A DNA stretch of 64,000 nucleotides, taken from Mantamonas sphyraenae STR306 (taxonomy: Eukaryota; Protista; CRuMs). The notes under the pieces are model-generated. The model ran no database searches, was not told the DNA's origin, and worked only from the letters and a program-made list of their open reading frames with translations. The translations under genes and the position numbers were made by a program. Below, piece after piece: positions 1-10,340 of this stretch (its first letter is position 1; each line of letters opens with the position of its first letter). The DNA is taken from contig JAPMXV010000076.1 of assembly GCA_026936335.1 (NCBI GenBank), forward strand, positions 1-64,000, read 5' to 3'.

Positions 1-178
1 CTAACCCTAACCCTAACCCTAACCCTAACCCTAACCCTAACCCTAACCCTAACCCTAACCCTAACCCTAACCCTAACCCTAACCCTAACCCTAACCCTAA
101 CCCTAACCCTAACCCTAACCCTAACCCTAACCCTAATCCTAACCCTAACCCTAACCCTAACCCTAACCCTAACCCTAA
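1..178 (+). repeat. Telomeric (CCCTAA)n / (TTAGGG)n tract, left chromosome end
   Basis: About 30 CCCTAA hexamers from base 1, with a single TCCTAA variant at 137-142. Unique sequence starts abruptly at 179. Confidence 0.98.
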
Positions 179-291
179 GGACTACTCAAACACTCCGAAG
201 CATCAACACACACCCAACACCTACCCAGCGTGCGTTCTGCCTTCCACTCCGTTTTCTGACTGCCCGCTTCCCCCGCTTCCATGCCTCATCC

Positions 292-3200
292 ATGCCTCCG
301 TCGCTTCTCTGCACTCCTCCCCTGCATCTCCACTTCCCCATCATCACCGTTGCTGCCATCTGCGCTCTTCTCCGATCCCATCTCCCCTGTCACTGCCCTC
401 CCCGTTGCCAGTTTCCCCGTCTGCCAATCTCCTCCGTTTTTCCCTCTTTGCTCGTTCCAGCCTCCCTTCACCCCGCTTCTGCTCTGACGGCGTCCATCCC
501 GCCTTCCGCTCACCGTACGCACCCCGCCCCGCCCCTTCCCCGTCTTCCCCACAGCTACGCGTACATGGTCCCTCCCATGGCTGCCCAGCCGTTTCCGAAC
601 ATGCTGCCCGCCTCTGGCGTACAAAACCCGTACCAGCACCCACAACCACCCATCATCTGGGTCCCTGTCAACACCTACCGCCAGCAGCACTACGCATATG
701 CTCACCAGGGCCAACCATACTACGCCTACCCTCCTCCGCCGCCCCCTCAGCCGCGACAAACCGCCCAGACGCACTTTGCTCAGCCTCCGTTGCACCGTCC
801 GCTTGCTCAACCCACCACCAACCACAACCGCGTCCCCAAACGCATCAGCCCTGCCTTTGTCGGCATCACACGGACCACATCCACCACCACATCGTCGTCG
901 TCCTCCTACCAGGCCACACGGCAGACTGAAGACAGCGACGACGACGACGCAGACCAAGACACGCACACACATGACACCGGCGACGTGGAGGACCTGATGT
1001 CCCTGAACTTTGGTCACCGTGAACCACGGTCAATCTCAAGCGTCTCAGAGTGGGTGACCAGCTCAGGGATGGAGGCGTACGAGGAAGACGGCGAGGCAAA
1101 CGACGCAACCCAGCAGCACGTGGACGACGAGATGGAAACTCAGGGCACACTCAGCTTTGTAGACACTGGAGATGCCATGGAAGAGGAGTACATGCCGCAA
1201 GACGACAGCGACGACGACACAGACAACACGGTGCAGGAGGACACGGACGAGTGGCAGCCGAGACGCACAAGTAGAGGCCGCACACGACGACGTAGAGGTA
1301 ACACCAGCCAACCTACCAGTACACAAAAGATGATAGGCAGCAGACAGCGCAGGCTCAGGGTCACGGCTGGCAGTGGCACAGAGACAGGAACGTCGAGCAC
1401 ACGGGCAAGGAGGGCCAAGAACGGAGACTCCGGCGCACGGAAGAAATCAGGCGCGAACAAGGACAACAAGTTGCCAGGTGGTGTTGTGCGCAAAGGGTGG
1501 TCGCAGAACTGGCGTGGCGACGAGCGCAGCCACAGCAACAAGAAGGAGCACACGGCACTGCTGAACCACATGCACACCCTGGCCAACGAGCATCCCATCG
1601 ACAACATCCCCGACCTCATGACCCTGCAAGCGCGTGTTGTGGTCTGCCATGGCACGCTGAACACGCTCGTCCGACAGATTCAGCTCGCTCTCGGCAACAT
1701 TCCCCTCTCCCAGGGCGACATGGCACTCTGCCTCACCCTCCTCGGCCGTGATATGGATCAAAATACGTGCGTCCATGCCATCAAAGACGCTGGTCTGGCC
1801 ATGGGGGTGACGAAGGCTGGGTTGAAGGTGGGCTGGCTGGAGGAACCACACGACCACGGCGACCCCAACTACGCCCTCCTCCACATGCTCATGACTGAGA
1901 TGGACACTCTCGGCAACAGAACCCATCCCAGCACCTGGAAGGAGCACAAGCAGACCCAGCTGTGGCTGCAGCAAGCACGACGCCCTGCTGACAACGACAG
2001 CGACCCACACTGGACACAATGCGACTACGACCACCACCTCCCCACCACCAAGGTAGACAAGTGGCATCCTCTGTCTGTTCGCAGTGGCTGGAGCAAAGCC
2101 AACAGCGACGAGCGTGGCAGCTCCACGGCGCGGGAGTTCCAGACGCTGCTGGCACACATGAAGGCACGCGCAGCCAAGCACCCTCGCCATCAGCACGCAC
2201 ACGAGCTCCAGGCACTGCGTGAGCTGATCAACAACGGCAGCCTGAGGTCCCTGCTGCGACACATCATCCTGGCGCTGGGCAACGGTGGCGTGCCGCCTGT
2301 CGACCTGGCCTTCTTTGTCCGCCTTCTCAGGCCACGCCTCACCAACAAGCAGGTCTGCCCTGCCATCAGCACCACCCTCACCCGCGGCGTCACCTCCCTC
2401 TCCCTTAAGATCGCGTGGCTCGACAACCCCCAACCCAGCGACGCCACACTGCACACCCTCCTCCACACCCTCATCGACCGCATCACACCCCACATCACCA
2501 CACGTCCCACCACCACCGACGCCGTCAACACCCTCGACATCCCAGAGCTTGTTCTGCCCGAGCCCACAGAGGAGGAGAGGATGGCCATGGAGGACGGACT
2601 GCCAGATATGGTTGTGCGCAAAGGGTGGACAGCGGGAATCAGCGACGAGCGCAGCCACAGCAACAAGAAGGAGCACATGGGACTGCTGAACCAGATGCAC
2701 AACCTGGCCAACGAGCATCCCATCGACAACATCCCTGACCTCGTGACCCTGCAGGCGCGTGTTGTGGTCTGCCATGGCACCATGACCACGCTGATCCGTC
2801 AGATTCAGCTTGCTCTGGGCAACATTCCCCTCTCCCAGGGCGACATGGCCTTCTGCCTCACCCTTCTCGGCCGTAAAATGGATCAGAATGCGTGCCGCCT
2901 TGCCATCTCCAACGCCGGTCTGGCCATGGGTGTGACAAAGGCTGGGTTGAAGGTGTGCTGGCTGGAGGAGCCACACGACCATGGCGACCCCAACTACGCC
3001 CTCCTCCACCTGCTCATGACAGAGATGGACACTTCAGGTGACAGGAACCATCCCAACACCTGGAAGGAGCACAAGGAGACCCAGCTGTGGCTGCAGAAAG
3101 CACGACGCCCTGCTGACGACGACAGCGACCCACACTGGACACAATGCGACTACGACCATCACCTCCCCACGGTGGAAAAGTGGAATCCTGAGTCTGTGCG

Positions 3201-3750
3201 CACTGGCTGGGCAGCGCAGAGAACAAGCGACGAGCGTGGCAGCTGCACGGCACGGGAGTTCCAGACGCTGCTGGCACACATGAAGGCACGTGCAGCCAAG
3301 CACCCTCGCCATCAGCATGCACACGAGCACCCGGCACTGCGTGAGCTGATCAACAACGGCGACCTGCAGTCCCTGGTGCGACACATCATCCTGGCGCTGG
3401 GCAACGTTGGCTTTCCGCCTGTCGACCTGGCCTTCTTTGTCCGCCTCCTCAGGCCTCAACTCACCTACAAGCATGTAAAAGGTGCCATCAGCGCCACCCT
3501 CACCCGCGGTGTCACCTCCCTCTACCTCAAGATCGCCTGGCTCGACAAACCCAAACCCAGCGACGCCACACTGCACACCCTCCTCCACACCCTCCTCCAC
3601 ACCCTCATCGACCGCATCACACCCCACATCGCCACCCGCCCCACCACCGTCACACTCGTCAACGCCTACCCCATCCCCTCCTTCACCCTGCCCAAGCGCA
3701 AAGACCACTCCCCCTCCTCCTCCTCCTCCAAACGCCAACGCCTCGAATGA
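292..3750 (+). CDS. Large uncharacterised protein: Pro/Gln- and acidic low-complexity N-terminus, then four related ~190-aa domains in ABAB order (true start may be ATG 565)
   Basis: 1152-aa ORF. The motif VRxGW..DER..E...LLxHM..A..H..LALGN..GVT..LKxxWL occurs four times. C-terminal KRQRLE is NLS-like. Confidence 0.85.
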   Translation: MPPSLLCTPPLHLHFPIITVAAICALLRSHLPCHCPPRCQFPRLPISSVFPSLLVPASLHPASALTASIPPSAHRTHPAPPLPRLPHSYAYMVPPMAAQPFPNMLPASGVQNPYQHPQPPIIWVPVNTYRQQHYAYAHQGQPYYAYPPPPPPQPRQTAQTHFAQPPLHRPLAQPTTNHNRVPKRISPAFVGITRTTSTTTSSSSSYQATRQTEDSDDDDADQDTHTHDTGDVEDLMSLNFGHREPRSISSVSEWVTSSGMEAYEEDGEANDATQQHVDDEMETQGTLSFVDTGDAMEEEYMPQDDSDDDTDNTVQEDTDEWQPRRTSRGRTRRRRGNTSQPTSTQKMIGSRQRRLRVTAGSGTETGTSSTRARRAKNGDSGARKKSGANKDNKLPGGVVRKGWSQNWRGDERSHSNKKEHTALLNHMHTLANEHPIDNIPDLMTLQARVVVCHGTLNTLVRQIQLALGNIPLSQGDMALCLTLLGRDMDQNTCVHAIKDAGLAMGVTKAGLKVGWLEEPHDHGDPNYALLHMLMTEMDTLGNRTHPSTWKEHKQTQLWLQQARRPADNDSDPHWTQCDYDHHLPTTKVDKWHPLSVRSGWSKANSDERGSSTAREFQTLLAHMKARAAKHPRHQHAHELQALRELINNGSLRSLLRHIILALGNGGVPPVDLAFFVRLLRPRLTNKQVCPAISTTLTRGVTSLSLKIAWLDNPQPSDATLHTLLHTLIDRITPHITTRPTTTDAVNTLDIPELVLPEPTEEERMAMEDGLPDMVVRKGWTAGISDERSHSNKKEHMGLLNQMHNLANEHPIDNIPDLVTLQARVVVCHGTMTTLIRQIQLALGNIPLSQGDMAFCLTLLGRKMDQNACRLAISNAGLAMGVTKAGLKVCWLEEPHDHGDPNYALLHLLMTEMDTSGDRNHPNTWKEHKETQLWLQKARRPADDDSDPHWTQCDYDHHLPTVEKWNPESVRTGWAAQRTSDERGSCTAREFQTLLAHMKARAAKHPRHQHAHEHPALRELINNGDLQSLVRHIILALGNVGFPPVDLAFFVRLLRPQLTYKHVKGAISATLTRGVTSLYLKIAWLDKPKPSDATLHTLLHTLLHTLIDRITPHIATRPTTVTLVNAYPIPSFTLPKRKDHSPSSSSSKRQRLE
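1483..3690 (+). repeat. Intragenic tandem duplication of ~1.1 kb (about 1483-2580 vs 2610-3690)
   Basis: Near-identical DNA blocks, e.g. gacgagcgcagccacagcaacaagaaggagcac and gacgagcgtggcagc each present twice. Confidence 0.9.
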
Positions 3751-3865
3751 ACCACCCTTTCATTCTTACACCGTCGCCACTCACCCTCCCCTCCCCATCC
3801 ACCCATTCACCCTCCATCACCTGTCCGGAAGCGTCACCATCCCTCAACACGGCCGACTTCATGCA

Positions 3866-4108
3866 GCACGACCTACACTTCACCATACAACATGGCCTCC
3901 ACACAACTACTCTCAGTCACTGTTGATCCTCCACTCCGTACTCTGGTCACTTTCTCATTCCACCTTCTGCCTCCTGCACGTTTGCCTCAGCCTGCCCGCC
4001 CGACTGCTCCAAGCACGTCCCACACTACACCATACACCACGCCATGTCCTCCACAGTACTACTCTCAGTCTCTGTTGATGCTCCGCTCCGTACTCTGGTC
4101 ACCTTCTC
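3866..4108 (+). repeat. Short imperfect direct repeat (~95 bp x2) downstream of the first gene
   Basis: ctactctcagtc.ctgttgat.ctcc.ctccgtactctggtcac.ttctca occurs at about 3908 and about 4058. Confidence 0.75.
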
Positions 4109-5369
4109 ACCATGCTTCCCACAGCATCCCTTGATCCGATCACCTACTCCACTCTCTCCTTGTCCACTCCTTTGGTTCCACCTTCCGGCGCCCAGTAGCC
4201 GCTGCCTACCTTTAATAAAGATGAATCCTACTTCAAGCCTGCCTACAGACCATCCATACCTGCATAAACCCCGTCGCGCTCATCACTCACCTACCAAACA
4301 ATGGCTTGCTCCCCAGTCCCTGACTTCAGGACACCTTCTGCGTTCAGTCCTCCATTGTGCACTCGTGCTCTGCCTCCGCACAGTCGACACAACAGCATTC
4401 GCGTCCATCGTGGGCCTTCAGAAGAACGCAAAAAGGCGACGGGCCACGCCTGCGTCCCCTGCCCGAGTCTGCTTGCACAAGAGCAGTCGGCTTTCCCCTC
4501 CCTGCCGTGCCACACTCAACCCCTTACACCACCCGCTGCGTCACCCGTCCTGTGCACACCTTCCCTTGCCAGTTTGCCCAGTTCCGCAGCATCTGCCACC
4601 GCACACATGCATGGCGCCATGCATTGGCATTTCCGCCCGCCCCACGCTGTGCAATACTCCTATCCACTGTCCACTGCCCTGCTCATCCGCTTGTACCCAT
4701 TCATTTGGTTGGTTGCGACGCCGTCCACCCCGTTTTCCTCAAACTCACCCATGTGGGCTCCACCGCCACCGTTGAGCCACACAACCCCACAGACAGCGTC
4801 GAGACAACCATTACACCTCTCCTTTGACTGTTCCATCGCATCCGAGACTTCTCCCAGTGCAGGAAAGGTGTTGGAGAAACGGCGCTGCAGTGAGTCATGC
4901 TCCTGATATCGTGCACATGCCCATCCAACACATGCCTCATACCCCATCACCAGCTCATCCACTCATCCATTCTCCAAATCACAACGCTGCTCCATTGCCT
5001 CCACAACTTTTCCTCCTCGCCCACACAGACCCTTTCCCAACCAAATCAACCTCAACGGCGTCGTCATCCATCCCCACCACCACCAACCTCCCACCTGCTC
5101 CCACCACCATCACGATGCATCTGCAGTCCGCGCCATGACTCCAGGTGTCGACTCCACACACCACCTTCCCCGCCACCACACCGATGATCCCGCGCAAGTG
5201 GCTCCCCCTTGCCTAACCCGCCGTGTTTTCTCTCCCGACCCCCCAACCGCCTGCGTGCGTCCACAGGGCATCGTGTAGGCAGAAGTCAAGCAGGTGCACG
5301 ACATCGGCCACACCAACGCAACCGCTGTGGCCGCCGCACCCAGCGTGCGCCAATTTCTCCTGCCCTTCC

Positions 5370-5885
5370 CACCACACCCTCCAACCCACACGCACGTCCA
5401 CTTTCCCTCCCAGATCACCCGCATTGCCATTCCTATCACCTCCATCCCAAACGCCTGTCACATGTGACCGTGTTGCATGCATGCATGTGCTGCCTTTTCC
5501 AGCCAGCCGATCTCAGTTTCATTTTCAGCTTGTGCGCCGCAGCGTTGCACAAAACGCGTCCTCCAGGCACCCACAAGGGTCTTTGGGTTCCCAACTTGGG
5601 CACAGGTGTGAGCATGCATATTTTCAATCCCCTGCCAGACTCCCACGTGTACACATGCTTCGGTGTGCGTGGTTGATGCGAAAAAAGCGCCCCCGGCTGC
5701 TGCGGCAACACGCGGGGCCGGCGCAAAGCAGCCAGCCAAAAAAAAAAGTGGCGGTGGAGATCTGCACACTTGCACATCTCCCCTCCCCCGGGCAGCCACA
5801 AGGGACTGTTGAATCCAAGATCACGCCCATGTATGTGCATACCCATGCATATCCTCCTCCTAGGTTGCCAAGAGTACACGATGCG
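5370..5885. repeat. Noncoding duplicated block, copy 1 (partner about 7610-8130)
   Basis: Shares gcatgtgctgccttttccagccagccgatctcagtttcattt and gtggcggtggagatctgcacacttgcacatctcccctcccccgggcagccacaaggg with 7610-8130. Confidence 0.9.
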
Positions 5886-5980
5886 TATGGGTGATGCTTG
5901 GTGTGAAAAACTGGGGTGTGCACAGCCCGGCAGAGCGCGGCAACGTCCGGCTGACCCCCAGCACGGTTCTACATACATTC

Positions 5981-7297
5981 CTAAGCACCTGAAACGTTGG
6001 TCCTGCGACGTGTCCTCCTCGTTGATGTCCTCTGCACTGTACGCTTGCCTGATGCCTTGGATGCGTCGCTGCCGTACTCGTCTTCCTCGTCACTCAATGC
6101 TTCCCCCTCCTCCACTTCCGACCCATCATCCGAAGCTGTGTCATATCCAGACGAGGATCTTGCAGTGCTCGTGCTCGTGCTCGATACCGCCCGTGTCGTC
6201 GTTGCTGCTCCACCATCACCCCCCGACCTTGTCCGAGACGCCTCTCCCTCCCACGCATTCTCCACAAGCTCATCAAACAGTTCTTTCTCCTCATCCGATG
6301 GCCCTGATCCGCTTGCGCCAGCCCCAGGGTCCTCACAAATGTGCCGTAGCAAGCGCCAGTTGACGCCGTCGTCAGCAAACTCTTCCTTCAGGATGTCGTT
6401 CAACCAGGCTGCACGTGAGTTGATTTCGCTTCTTCGTGACCGCCTATGTCCCCGTTCCTCCCGGATGAAAAAGAAGCGCCCATTGTGTCGTTCATCAGCC
6501 GCCTGGATGGTCAAGGTACGGGGCCTGTCTCTCAGCACCATGTCCTCCTTCACCTGGCCATTCACTTCTTTCCATGCGATATGCAACATTCCCTTCTTTG
6601 TATCGTTCCACACCACGGCAGACGCGTCCCCTGCCTCGTTGGAAGGCTTCTGCAGCTTCGATTTTGCCTCGTCCCACAACCCCCTATCTTCGAAATACAA
6701 GGCACTGGCCCACGAGATTGCGCTTCCAGGCCCAACATCCAACCATGCGATATGGCAGATGAGCCACCGCTGAAAGACCTTGTACTCTGTACTGAATGCC
6801 TTCCGGGCAACCAGATGAAGGCGTTCTTCGATGTAACTCTGATTGATGCGGTTTCTTGTTGCATGCAATTCAGCAATCTTTCGTGCAGTCGCAGCATTTC
6901 CGTCACACCACTGTTTGAACCTGTCAAACTGTGCCTTCAGGACATCGTCCATGCCCTCCCTGTTCAGATCCCCAACGACGCTGCCAAATCCCGACGCCAG
7001 CTTGCGCAGAGCCGAGCCTCCTTCGAGTGTCTCCTTGCGATGAACAACCTCCCGGTGCCATTCAGCCGCCATTGCGTCCAGGAACTCTGAACATCCTGCG
7101 TCTTCCTCCTTGCACCAGTGCGTGTTGCCGACACCGGCCATGAACGCCTTCCACACTCGCTTATCCACAGCTTTGTGCTTCTTGAGCAATTCCATGACCT
7201 CCGTTGAGCAGTAATGCTCCCACACGCCTTTTTTCAGCATGCCAGTGTCTTTGTGGCCTTGCTTAAACACGGCTTGCGCATCACAGTGTGGACACGG

Positions 7298-7328
<31 letters not shown>

Positions 7329-7564
7329 GAGGACGAGGACGAGGAGTCGCTGATTCCGGCGTTTTGTAAGATCATTGTGGTCTCCTCTGGGTCAGAAGCA
7401 GGCTCGGCGCTGGCTGCTGCTGCTGCTTGCCGCGGAGGGGGAGTGCAAGTGAACTTGACTCCATTCGCCTCATACGACACTGTGTACCCATGCTCGATGC
7501 ACAACAACTTGCTCAGGGCAATAAAATCCTGAAGGTATTCACTCTGAATGTTGTGGGTGCTCAT
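5981..7564 (-). CDS. Uncharacterised protein with CxxC/HWC Zn-like motif and a possible degenerate tyrosine-recombinase-like core, paralogue 1
   Basis: ORF 5981..7606. ATG 7564 (MSTH) matches the paralogue's start. Contains FFFI..WLNDILKEEF..VNWRLLRH and an acidic then basic tail. Confidence 0.75.
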
Positions 7565-7609
7565 GGGGACGCATGGATTTGTTCTGGGGGGTGGGGCGCC
7601 AACCACACC

Positions 7610-8130
7610 ACCCCCTCACACCCTCCAACCCACACGCATCCCGCCCACATCACCCGCATTGCCATCCCTATCAGCTCTATCCCAAGCGCCTGTCACATGT
7701 GAGCGTGTTGCTGCATGCATGCATGTGCTGCCTTTTCCAGCCAGCCGATCTCAGTTTCATTTTCCAGCTTTGCGCCGCAGCACTGCACAAAACGCGTCCT
7801 CCAGGCACACAAGGGTCTTTGGGGTCCCAACTTGGGCACAGGTGTGAGCATGCATGTTTTCAATCCCCCGCCAGACTCCCATGTGTACACATGCTTCGGT
7901 GTGTGTGGTTGATGCGAAAAAAGCGCCCCCGGCTGCCGCGGGAACACGCGGGGGCGGGTGCCACGGCAGGCAGCCACAAAAAGAAAGTGGCGGTGGAGAT
8001 CTGCACACTTGCACATCTCCCCTCCCCCGGGCAGCCACAAGGGTCTGTTGAATCCACAATCACGCCCATGTATGTGCATACCCATGCGTATCCCCCTCCT
8101 AGGTTGTCAAGAGTACGCAATGCATCGGTA
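7610..8130. repeat. Noncoding duplicated block, copy 2
   Basis: See 5370-5885. Each copy lies 3' of one of the two paralogous minus-strand genes, so gene plus block form a tandem duplication unit. Confidence 0.9.
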
Positions 8131-8218
8131 TGATGTTGGTGTGCAAATATGCGATTCCAAGGCTCGGCAATCCGCGGGAATCCGCGGCAGACACCGGCAC
8201 GCGTTTCTACATCTATTT

Positions 8219-9883
8219 CTATACACCTGAACCATTGGTCCTGCGACGTGTCCTCCTCGTTGATGTCCTCTGCACTGTACGCTTGCCTGATGCCTTGGAG
8301 GCGTCGCTGGTGTACTCGTCTTCCTCTTCCTCCTCCTCCTCCTCCTCCTCCTCGTCTTCCTCCTCCTCGTCGTCTTCCTCGTCTTCCTCGTCCCGTTCAT
8401 CCACAGACATTTCGTAAGACGATGTTGTTGTTGTTGCTGACGACGACGACGACGAAGATGAGCTCACCGCGGTGGTCGTCGTCCCGGGCTCCCACACATT
8501 CCTCAGGAGTGTGCTCCACAACTCTTTCTCCTCATCTGACGGCCCGGGACCGCTTGAACCACCCTCTGGCTCTTGGGCGGCGTGCCGCACAAGTCTCCAG
8601 TTCACATGACAATCCCTGAGCACGTTCTTCAGCACTTGGTTCAACCAATGCTCACGCCGCACAATCTGTGTGGCTTCGCTGCGGTGATTCCTTTTTTCTG
8701 GGTTCAGAAAAAAGTACCTTCTTGATTGGGCCGATAGCGTCTCCTCCTGGTGAGCAACGTAGATTCTCGCGCTGTAATACGATTCAAGCAGGTGTTCGGC
8801 TTCGAGCACTTGGCCGGTCCTATCCTTCCATGCGACCTTCAGCAGGCATTTTTCGGTGTCATGCAACACCGCTGCTGACCGGACTCCCCTTGCGTGGGGC
8901 TGCAGCGTTGTCTGGTGTCGTTTCCACAGTTCCTCGTCCTCAAAGTACGTCGCACTTGCCCACGACATCGCACTGGCAGGTCCCTTGTTGCTGCATGCCA
9001 GGGTGCAAATTAGGAAAGGCTGTACGAGGTCAAAGTATGAGTCCGTGTTGGGTTTTTGCAGACACTTCTTGCACATTTCCCGCAAGTAGCTGGGCGTGAG
9101 TTTTTTCCTGGCAGCACTGAGCTTTGCAACACGTGCAGCATCCTCCATGATACTCCCACACCAGTTTTCGAAGCTTTCAAAGCACGACCTTTGCTCACTG
9201 GTCATGGCCCCGTTGGCCCTTTCACTTTGTCCTACGACCAGACGAACCACGGCCTTCACCTCTAAAGCCAGCCTCTTGAGGCCGGGGCCACCTTCGTATT
9301 TCTCCGCACTCTCCTCAACACATCCACGCAGCACATCTGCCAGTGCACGGAGGAATCCTGTGCATGCTGCGTCTTCTACCTTGCACCAGTGCGTCGCCCG
9401 CGTGCCGTCCATATAAGCCCGCCACACACGTCTCTTCGCACTTTCGTATGCGCAGAGCTCTTTGAAGACCTCTGAAGAGCTGTAGCGCTTCCAGGTACCG
9501 CGTTTCATGGCGTCCAACTTCTCCTTGCGACTCTGTGTGTCGTTGGCAAACACCGCCCGCGCGTCGCAATCCGCACAGGCACCCCCACGCCTCCTCCTAC
9601 TGCTGCTGCTGCTACTGCTGCTGCTGCTGCGAGAGGACTCCCTTTCCAATTGTCCGTCTTGTTCCAGGACTGCGGACTGCACCGTACCAAGGTTGGACGC
9701 CACCTCTTGGCCTGGGGACGCCTGCCTGTACGTGATTTTCACGCAGACGCCTTGAGGCCTTGCGTCAAGCTCAATACCAGCAACCCCTGGGGGGGGTTCT
9801 CTCATCCATCTCTCGGTAAGGTCCTCGACCCTGTCCCAGAACATCATCTCCGATTTCCATCTCTCATTGTCGTGTGTGCTCAT
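8219..9883 (-). CDS. Paralogue 2 of the degenerate tyrosine-recombinase-like protein
   Basis: ORF 8219..10219, likely start ATG 9883 (MSTHD). Shares THWCK.EDA.C, SWASA.YFED, WLN..LK..VNWRL.RH and the C-terminal SDASKASGKRTVQRTSTRRTRRRTN with paralogue 1. Confidence 0.75.
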   Translation of the reverse strand: MSTHDNERWKSEMMFWDRVEDLTERWMREPPPGVAGIELDARPQGVCVKITYRQASPGQEVASNLGTVQSAVLEQDGQLERESSRSSSSSSSSSSRRRRGGACADCDARAVFANDTQSRKEKLDAMKRGTWKRYSSSEVFKELCAYESAKRRVWRAYMDGTRATHWCKVEDAACTGFLRALADVLRGCVEESAEKYEGGPGLKRLALEVKAVVRLVVGQSERANGAMTSEQRSCFESFENWCGSIMEDAARVAKLSAARKKLTPSYLREMCKKCLQKPNTDSYFDLVQPFLICTLACSNKGPASAMSWASATYFEDEELWKRHQTTLQPHARGVRSAAVLHDTEKCLLKVAWKDRTGQVLEAEHLLESYYSARIYVAHQEETLSAQSRRYFFLNPEKRNHRSEATQIVRREHWLNQVLKNVLRDCHVNWRLVRHAAQEPEGGSSGPGPSDEEKELWSTLLRNVWEPGTTTTAVSSSSSSSSSATTTTSSYEMSVDERDEEDEEDDEEEEDEEEEEEEEEEEDEYTSDASKASGKRTVQRTSTRRTRRRTNGSGV

Positions 9884-10340
9884 GGGGAGGGCTGTGTTGG
9901 ATGGATGGGGGGGTGTCAAAGTTCGTGTCAAAGTAACTGAGCGCTTACCTTGCCAAAATTTGAGAGCGCTGGTCAAAGTAACTTTTTTAACTTTGACCAG
10001 TCCTTCGGCTACCTCTGTTCCACATGCATCCAATCGACCCGTAACCACTACTATTGCCTTTCCCAGTTGATGCCAACCCAGGATCTCGCGTGGCTTCTTC
10101 CAGAATGACCTCTCCCAGGTGTGAGCGCCCTGCAAACTTTCGGCGCGAAAGCCACCCGCATTCGCGGCCACCGCACAGGCTGAGGAGGACCCACTGCACC
10201 TCATACCATTGAATTCCACGTCTAAACGGACATGGACAGCGCCTCAACAGCGCCATCCGCATCAAACACCAGCCATTGTGCGTGAGAGTGACGCCAGCGT
10301 CAATTGAGCGCCAATACTTCAAACCAACGCCTGAACAACC

